A DNA stretch of 64,000 nucleotides from Bacillota bacterium (GTDB taxonomy: Bacteria; Bacillota; Clostridia; TANB77; CAG-465): contig JAEYPQ010000030.1 in the NCBI GenBank assembly GCA_023410645.1, positions 11,680 through 75,679 of the forward strand, read 5' to 3'. Below are positions 57,649 to 64,000 of the stretch, piece by piece. Each line of letters starts with the position of its first letter. The stretch's first letter is position 1. Under the pieces are notes generated by a model. That model searched no databases, was not told the origin of the DNA, and saw only the letters and a list, made by a program, of their open reading frames with translations. A program made the translations under genes and the position numbers.

Positions 57649-58842
57649 ATGAAAATTAAAGTTGGAGTTTTTTTTGGAGGACAGAGTGTTGAACATGAGG
57701 TTTCAATAATTTCTGCAATACAAGCAATAAATAATTTTGATCATGATAAATATGATATTATTCCTGTTTATATCACAAAAGAAAATTATATGTTTGTTGG
57801 AGAAGATATTGGGAATATAAAAGAATATAGAGATATAAATAAGTTAATATCAAAGAGTCAAAGAATAATATTAGTTAATGATAATAATAAATGTGAATTA
57901 ATAAAATATCCAATGAAAAAGTTTACAAAGAATGTTTATGATTACATAGATATTGCATTTCCAATTGTACATGGTACAAATGTTGAAGATGGAATATTGC
58001 AAGGATATTTAAAACATTTAAATGTACCTTTTGTTGGATGCGATGCTTTATCATCAGCAATTGGTATGGATAAGTATGTTATGAAAGCTGTTTTAAAAGA
58101 AAATGATATACCAGTTCTAGATTGCATGAGTTTTAATTTGAAGGATTATAACGAGGGCATTGAAAATATTATTACAAAAGTAGAATCAAATATTGAATAT
58201 CCAGTTATAGTTAAGCCAATAAATCTAGGATCTAGTGTTGGAATAAAAATTGCTAAAGATAAAGAAAAATTAGATGAGGCAATTGAATATGCTTTTCAAT
58301 TTTCAAATAGAATATTAGTTGAACATGCTATATCTGAGCTAAAAGAAATAAATTGCTCTGTACTTGGTGATTATGAAGAAGCAATAGCATCAGAGTGTGA
58401 AGAACCGATTAATACAGATGAGATTTTAAGTTATGAAGATAAATATATATCAAATGGTGGCAAAACAAGTGGATCTAAAGGAATGAGTAGCCTTAAAAGA
58501 AAGCTTCCAGCTGATATTTCAGAAGATATAAAAAAGGAAATTCAAGAACTTGCAGTTAAGACATTTAAAATACTTGGATGTAATGGTGTATCTAGAATAG
58601 ATTTTATGATAGATAAAGCAATAGATAAAGTATATGTAAATGAAATTAATACAATTCCTGGTTCTTTAGCATTTTATCTATGGGAAGCAACTGGTTTAAA
58701 ATACAAAGAATTATTAGATAAATTAATAACAATTGCATTAAAAAGATCAAGAGAAGAAGAACAAGTTTCCTATTCTTTTGAAACAAACATATTATCAGGA
58801 ATTGAACTTGGTGGAACTAAGGGTACAAAACTAGGGAAATAA
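57649..58842 (+). CDS. ddl: D-alanine--D-alanine ligase
   Basis: ATG 57649 is 9 nt after GGAGGG; the six-frame ORF opens at 57610 inside murF. Motifs IKVGVFFGGQSVEHEVS, ATP-grasp EYPVIVKPINLGSSVGI and C-terminal NEINTIPG. Confidence 0.85.
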   Translation: MKIKVGVFFGGQSVEHEVSIISAIQAINNFDHDKYDIIPVYITKENYMFVGEDIGNIKEYRDINKLISKSQRIILVNDNNKCELIKYPMKKFTKNVYDYIDIAFPIVHGTNVEDGILQGYLKHLNVPFVGCDALSSAIGMDKYVMKAVLKENDIPVLDCMSFNLKDYNEGIENIITKVESNIEYPVIVKPINLGSSVGIKIAKDKEKLDEAIEYAFQFSNRILVEHAISELKEINCSVLGDYEEAIASECEEPINTDEILSYEDKYISNGGKTSGSKGMSSLKRKLPADISEDIKKEIQELAVKTFKILGCNGVSRIDFMIDKAIDKVYVNEINTIPGSLAFYLWEATGLKYKELLDKLITIALKRSREEEQVSYSFETNILSGIELGGTKGTKLGK

Positions 58843-58947
58843 ACTATCAATTATTTGAAATTCTCCTAAATTTATAGTATAATATAACTGAAAATATAAA
58901 AAGTTATAGTTTTAGTATAATTATATAACTAAGGGGGGGAACTTTAA

Positions 58948-59148
58948 TTGATTGATTCTAATCGGAAGATCATCATATTTATAGTCTTACTGGTTATTAT
59001 ACTTACTTTAGGAAAAATAATTATTGGTATATTAAGTCTAATATTATTTTTAATATCACACTTATTAAACTTATTTTTCCCTATTATTGTTGTTGCATTA
59101 ATAATATATTTACTAATGAAATTATTAAGAAGCAGGAAAATAAAATAA
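58948..59148 (+). CDS. Small two-TM membrane protein (66 aa)
   Basis: RBS AAGGGGGGGA upstream. Almost entirely hydrophobic with a basic tail. Hairpin plus T-run follows (about 59158-59195). Confidence 0.3.
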   Translation: MIDSNRKIIIFIVLLVIILTLGKIIIGILSLILFLISHLLNLFFPIIVVALIIYLLMKLLRSRKIK

Positions 59149-59239
59149 TATTAAAAATACAGGTATATTTTAAAGATATGCCTGTATTTTTTTATTTGTA
59201 ACTTGATTTTAAGATAGTTTATTAGTATAATATATATAT

Positions 59240-59313
<74 letters not shown>

Positions 59314-59828
59314 ATTATAGAGTAATCAATGTTTAAGTTTTTATATATAAGAAAAAGCTAGTAATTCCAATAGGAAACTAGAATTTTTGTTATTTAAAGA
59401 TATATTTGTTACATTTTATTTATGTGAAGATAATGATTACTCAGTTTATAAAGCAGTTATTGAAATGGCTAATATAGTAAAAATATGTTGAATTTAAAAG
59501 CAAAAAAGTATATAATTTTAGTGAGGAAAAGCCTTATGGATAAGTTAAAAGTATTATGTGGAAACATTTTAGATTATTTAGATGGTAAGAATGCAATTGT
59601 TAATTCAAATAACCAATATATGATATGTGGTAGTGGTTTGTGGAGCAATATTTATAAGAGCAGGTAAAGATATATCAGAAGAATATTTTAAAAAAGTGTC
59701 CAATTCTTTTATAAAAGAAATAATTGACATAGGAATTAAAGTTGTATAGAAGATATAGATAAAGAAATGATAGATAAACATTCGTAAAAAAATAATGTAA
59801 TTATATAATGATTTTGGTGGTAATAATA

Positions 59829-60629
59829 ATGGGAAAAATATATGAAAAAATAAAAGAAGAAGAAATATTATGCAAGGATGTAGTCGTTCCAGAATATTTT
59901 CCTGCAATATATATAGATGAATATGATAATGTATACTGTTATGCTGGAATAATTGATAAAAATAGATTTTTATTTGGGTCTTGTCCATATTGGTTAAAAG
60001 GCAGAAAACCAAAGGAAATAAATAATAGTATTAGAGGTTATTTTAGAATAAAGAATGGAAAAATTTTACAAGACAAAAAGTTTATAGATGAGAAAAATTC
60101 TTTTAATGAAAAGGCTAAATTTAAAATGATTCCTGCACATGTTCACTTTCCAGCTCCGCAAGATATGACTTTTGGTATATACTCTAGTACATATCAAGAT
60201 TTAGAAAAAGAATTAACGGCGAAAGTGTTTGGTATTTCTTACGATGATTTATTGGAAATTCTTTATCAATATAATAATATTTTTAAAGTCGCTCAAAAAA
60301 CATATTTTAATAATTATCCTAAAATTACTAGATCAATTAAAAATAATAATTATTGTGATTTGAGCGGAATGTGGATTCCTAAAGAATTTCCATATATTGC
60401 TTTTTGTGAAAGTGACTACTATTATTCTCATATTTCACTTTATGGATTTTATCAACATATGAAATTTATAACTTCATGTGATATTGATTCTATTATATCA
60501 AAACAATTGATATCAAATGGCTTAAACCCAGAGATATTAAACGTGTTATTTAATATGGATAGTGATGATTATATTAGCAGGCCAATTGATGAATATTTAT
60601 TTAATGAATTAAATGATTGTTATCAATAA
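59829..60629 (+). CDS. Hypothetical protein (266 aa)
   Basis: ATG 59829 is 8 nt after GGTGG; the six-frame ORF opens at 59808. Cys/Tyr/Phe-rich. No motif recognised. Confidence 0.35.
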   Translation: MGKIYEKIKEEEILCKDVVVPEYFPAIYIDEYDNVYCYAGIIDKNRFLFGSCPYWLKGRKPKEINNSIRGYFRIKNGKILQDKKFIDEKNSFNEKAKFKMIPAHVHFPAPQDMTFGIYSSTYQDLEKELTAKVFGISYDDLLEILYQYNNIFKVAQKTYFNNYPKITRSIKNNNYCDLSGMWIPKEFPYIAFCESDYYYSHISLYGFYQHMKFITSCDIDSIISKQLISNGLNPEILNVLFNMDSDDYISRPIDEYLFNELNDCYQ

Positions 60630-61027
60630 AAAATATTGTATTTAAATAGAATAGACTTATTATTTAATAAAGTGTCTTGGTATGTCTTAAAGTGTTCTGC
60701 AGTTGTATTAAATCGCATTAAGTTTTTAAAGTAGAGCTGAAGATCATTGAAGCAATTGGAGTGATATTCCAAGTTTAAAACAGTTTAATATGAATATTAA
60801 GTTTACTAATGCAGTCTTTTAACATGGTTTATTTGAAGGTTCATTTAAATTAAATGAAGATGATAGTGTTAAAGAATATATATTAGGAAATGTATTAGAT
60901 TAGACCTTTATAAAAGGTTTGTCGCCTGTTGGAAAATTTCTACATTTATAGAGTAATCAGACCCTTGATTTTTTATAAAATTTATATAATTAGTTAGTAA
61001 TACAAATAGTGATTTGTAGGAGGTATT

Positions 61028-61351
61028 ATGAATAATATTGAAAAAGAAATAAAAGTAATTACTATTTGTGGTAGTCTTAAATTTAAAGATGAAATGATGA
61101 AAGTAGCAATGCAAATGGAATTGGAAGGAAATGTTATTTTAACTCCAATATTTCCAATAACTGATGATAAAGATGCTTATACTAAAGAAGAGGTAATTAT
61201 GCTTGGTAAAATGCACAAAGAAAAAATAAAGTTATCAGATGCTATTTTAGTTGTCAATGTAAATGGCTATATAGGTAATAGTACAAAAAGTGAAATTGAA
61301 TATGCAAAAGTTCAAGGAAAAGAAATATTATATTTAGAAAAGGATAAATAA
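61028..61351 (+). CDS. Hypothetical protein (107 aa), possibly nucleoside 2-deoxyribosyltransferase-like fold
   Basis: RBS GGAGGT upstream. ICGSLKF....ILTP pattern is reminiscent of the DUF4406 / deoxyribosyltransferase-like family. Low-confidence recollection. Confidence 0.3.
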   Translation: MNNIEKEIKVITICGSLKFKDEMMKVAMQMELEGNVILTPIFPITDDKDAYTKEEVIMLGKMHKEKIKLSDAILVVNVNGYIGNSTKSEIEYAKVQGKEILYLEKDK

Positions 61352-61706
61352 AGCAAATATTATTACATCAGAAGAATTTTAGAGTAAAAAAAATGAATAG
61401 ATAAGCTAAATGGTCTAATGCCTGTTTGAAGATTGATCCAAAAGATATAATTGTCTTACTAAAAAAATTAATGATTAAATCAACTGAAATATGTTGATTT
61501 TTTTTTTGTGTTGTTGAAAAGAAAATATAGATGTGATAATATATAAAAAAAGAAATCAATATAAATAGCTAAAGAATTAAAGTCTAAAAATCAAATGTTA
61601 TGGATTCAAAAGATGAATAACATTAAGAATATAGCTGAAAAATTATTTTAAATTATGTAAAGCTTGTGAGATAAATAGTAATTTGGAGAGAATGTGAGGT
61701 TATAGA

Positions 61707-62474
61707 ATGGAAGATTTACCTTTGAATACTGATTTTATAAACTTAACAACAGAGAATCTTGTTAATGAGCATTTATGTTGCATTATCCGCAGTAAAAAGA
61801 TTCATCAAGGTGTTGAGGCAAAGAGACAATGGCTTTCTAACCGATTAAGTGAAGGTCATGTCTTTAGAAAGTTAAATGCAAAAGCTACAGTTTTTATTGA
61901 ATATGCTCCTCTTGAAACTTCTTGGGTTCCTATTATTGGGGACAACTATTATTATCTGTATTGTTTATGGGTTTCTGGTGATTACAAGGGAAAAGGGTAT
62001 GGAAAATCTTTGATGGAGTATTGTTTAGCTGATGCCAAAGAAAAAGGAAAATCTGGTATTTGTATGCTCGGAGCAAAAAAACAAAAATCTTGGCTTACTG
62101 ACCAATCATTTGCCAAAAAATTTGGATTTAAAGTTGTAGATACTACTGATAGTGGATATGAATTGCTTGCACTTTCTTTTGATGGAACAACACCAAAGTT
62201 TACACAAAATGCTAAACATGAAAAAATTGAAAGTAAAGAACTAACAATCTATTATGATATGCAATGTCCATATGTCTATCAAAATATTAAGATTATAAAA
62301 CAGTATTGTGAAATGAATTCTATTCCTGTATCTTTAATTAAAGTAGATACATTACAAAAAGCAAAGGAATTGCCTTGTGTTTTCAATAACTGGGGTGTAT
62401 TTTATAAGGGAAATTTTGAGACAGTGAATTTGTTGTTAGATGTTGAATACTTAAAGAGAATACTCAAAAAATGA
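61707..62474 (+). CDS. GNAT-family N-acetyltransferase-like protein (YoaP-like, 255 aa)
   Basis: Acetyl-CoA-binding-like segment YLYCLWVSGDYKGKGYGKSLMEYCLADAKEKG. C-terminal extra domain of ~90 aa. Confidence 0.45.
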   Translation: MEDLPLNTDFINLTTENLVNEHLCCIIRSKKIHQGVEAKRQWLSNRLSEGHVFRKLNAKATVFIEYAPLETSWVPIIGDNYYYLYCLWVSGDYKGKGYGKSLMEYCLADAKEKGKSGICMLGAKKQKSWLTDQSFAKKFGFKVVDTTDSGYELLALSFDGTTPKFTQNAKHEKIESKELTIYYDMQCPYVYQNIKIIKQYCEMNSIPVSLIKVDTLQKAKELPCVFNNWGVFYKGNFETVNLLLDVEYLKRILKK

Positions 62475-62605
62475 AAAATATTAAGGATAGGCAGAATAGT
62501 TTGTTTTGAATGAAATAATTTTACTCTATAGATTATTTTTTGTATAAATGATATACTATTTATGATACAAATGGTAATTTGTAAAATCAAAAGGAGGAAA
62601 TGAAA

Positions 62606-63067
62606 ATGGCAAAATCAGAATGGTATGAGAGAAAAAACGGAAAAGTAGAACATTTAGTTTATTTAAATGACAAAGCAAAAGAGTTAGATAAGCTAATTAA
62701 TAATGAAAAGACAATGATTATAAGGGGGGCAGCAGGTAAAAAATGTCCTTTAGGTGGTCGTGCAAAAGTAAATGATGACATATATTTTGTTGAAACTGGT
62801 GGAGATATGATAGTAACGCATAAAGGAATTATTTCAAAAGTAATTGAAAGTGAAAAGATGACTCCAGAAGAATCAGAAGAATTTATAAAAAAATATGAAA
62901 AGGAACTGAATCTATCAAAAGACCAATATAAAAGATGGAATGGTAAAAAGTTTTTAGCCGTTTATGAAATATCAGAACTAAAAGAAATTGATCATTTTAA
63001 GTATAATCGTGAAAATAATATGGATGACTGGATTATTACAGATGATATAAAGAAAATCAAATTATAA
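62606..63067 (+). CDS. Hypothetical protein (153 aa), possible ASCH/PUA-like fold
   Basis: ATG 62606 is 8 nt after AGGAGGA; the six-frame ORF opens at 62600. No strong motif. Confidence 0.35.
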   Translation: MAKSEWYERKNGKVEHLVYLNDKAKELDKLINNEKTMIIRGAAGKKCPLGGRAKVNDDIYFVETGGDMIVTHKGIISKVIESEKMTPEESEEFIKKYEKELNLSKDQYKRWNGKKFLAVYEISELKEIDHFKYNRENNMDDWIITDDIKKIKL

Positions 63068-63403
63068 TAATAAATTATAATTTGTATGTTTAATTTTAAA
63101 ATTTAAAAAGTAAATTGATATTATGGCAACATTAAATGAATATAAAGATTTTATTTTAGAACAATTAGATCTATTTGATAATATAATTTGCAAATCAATG
63201 ATGGGTGAATATTTACTTTATTATATTTATATATTACTATTTAAACTGTAAGTTAACAAATTTGTTTGATTATAGATAGTAAGTTAACATAATATTTGCA
63301 ATAAGTAATAAAATATGATATAATGATACTATAGGTAAATGTATCTCTATGCGAATAATTTAGCAGGAGTGAGATCCTGCATAGTTAAAAGGAGGATTTT
63401 ATA

Positions 63404-64000
63404 ATGAATAGACTGGAATCTAATACTGTATTGGAAGTTTTAGGAATTAACAATCGGATAAGTAGTATAGAAGGTAAGTCCGATGTTTTAGAAGATGTAT
63501 ATCTTTGGAATGACTTTACAATTTACTTTTATGGTAGTGACTATACTATCGTAAGAGGAAAAGTACCGCTTGAAGTAGCTCAAAGAATATATGAAAAATA
63601 TCCGGAAAATCCTTATGGGATAAGGGTTGAAGGAGGTGCAAACAGCAATATACCGTTAGAATGGGCGACAAGTGAAGAGTATGAGAATTTTATAAATGAA
63701 TCTTTAAATGAACTAAAACCCGATTTTGACAAACTTGAGAAAGTCATCTTTGCAAGAAGAACTGAGATATTCCAAAATAATCCTCAAAGTTTGTACATCG
63801 GAACTTATCATGTTGATACAAAGGAAGGGTTGTTGATACTTCTCACTGAATTACATGACCATATTGCATCCAAGCAATTAAACGGCGAAGTTTTAGATTC
63901 TCAGGTTGATAAAAATGCAGAATTATTAGCGGAAATCATCAGGCGGTTAATAAAACGCAGTAATCCGTGCAAGGATACTGGACGCTGGATTAAAGAAAAT
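63404..64000 (+). CDS. Hypothetical protein, 3'-truncated by window end
   Basis: ATG is 8 nt after AAAGGAGGA. Open to the end of the window (about 199 codons). Noticeably GC-richer than neighbouring DNA. Preceded by a small hairpin GCAGGA-GTGAGA-TCCTGC. Confidence 0.4.
   Translation, partial: MNRLESNTVLEVLGINNRISSIEGKSDVLEDVYLWNDFTIYFYGSDYTIVRGKVPLEVAQRIYEKYPENPYGIRVEGGANSNIPLEWATSEEYENFINESLNELKPDFDKLEKVIFARRTEIFQNNPQSLYIGTYHVDTKEGLLILLTELHDHIASKQLNGEVLDSQVDKNAELLAEIIRRLIKRSNPCKDTGRWIKEN

Noticed and set aside
60650-61020. Possible additional gene between 60629 and 61028
   Set aside because: All frames are interrupted by stops every 20-40 codons. It looks like degraded remnants rather than an intact CDS; it is mentioned under the tRNA-Gly accessory-region finding only.

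Overview
The window is an AT-rich chromosomal segment of a low-GC Firmicute, most consistent with a Clostridium-like genome. Pointers to that include a class III Fbp, ClpE with an N-terminal zinc ribbon, secG-rnr, pheS-pheT, and SpoVB-like and SpoIIM-like membrane proteins.

Backbone genes recognised: smc (3' part, gene runs off the window start), clpE-like, fbp, asd, an RluA-family pseudouridine synthase, pheS, pheT, pepF, secG, rnr, trmB, ychF, hup, murF-like and ddl. There are also 9 tRNA(-like) genes: Arg-TCT, His-GTG, Gln-TTG, Gln-CTG, Tyr-GTA (minus), Met-CAT (minus), Leu-CAA, a degenerate second Leu-CAA copy, and Gly-TCC. Several clean rho-independent terminators and near-consensus sigma-A promoters are visible.

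The main accessory feature is a roughly 13.8 kb block of 13 co-oriented genes (16.4-30.0 kb) that looks like a type IV secretion / conjugation-like mating-pair-formation apparatus. It has three tandem VirB2/TrbC-like pilin paralogs (one a duplicated-module fusion), a PrgI/VirB3-like two-TM protein, and a VirB4-family DEAW ATPase. It also has a VirB6-like polytopic protein, several N-terminally anchored proteins, and a 1195-aa three-catalytic-domain peptidoglycan hydrolase (M23 + NlpC/P60 + SleB-like). No relaxase, coupling ATPase, integrase or IS element is visible anywhere in the window. This is the best candidate for an undescribed or domesticated system.

Other points worth a second look:
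- a full-length tRNA-Leu duplication bracketing a lone AAA/ABC-type ATPase;
- a signal-less M23-SH3b lysin translationally coupled to a 22-codon acidic ORF;
- a MurF-like ligase with a ~150-aa polytopic N-terminal extension;
- a tandem-OB SSB-like protein;
- non-syntenic hypothetical genes where ftsY (after smc) and smpB (after rnr) would be expected;
- an accessory-looking stretch after tRNA-Gly, ending in a GC-richer partial ORF.

No CRISPR array and no transposase were recognised. All coordinates were derived by hand from the printed sequence and may be off by a few nt.
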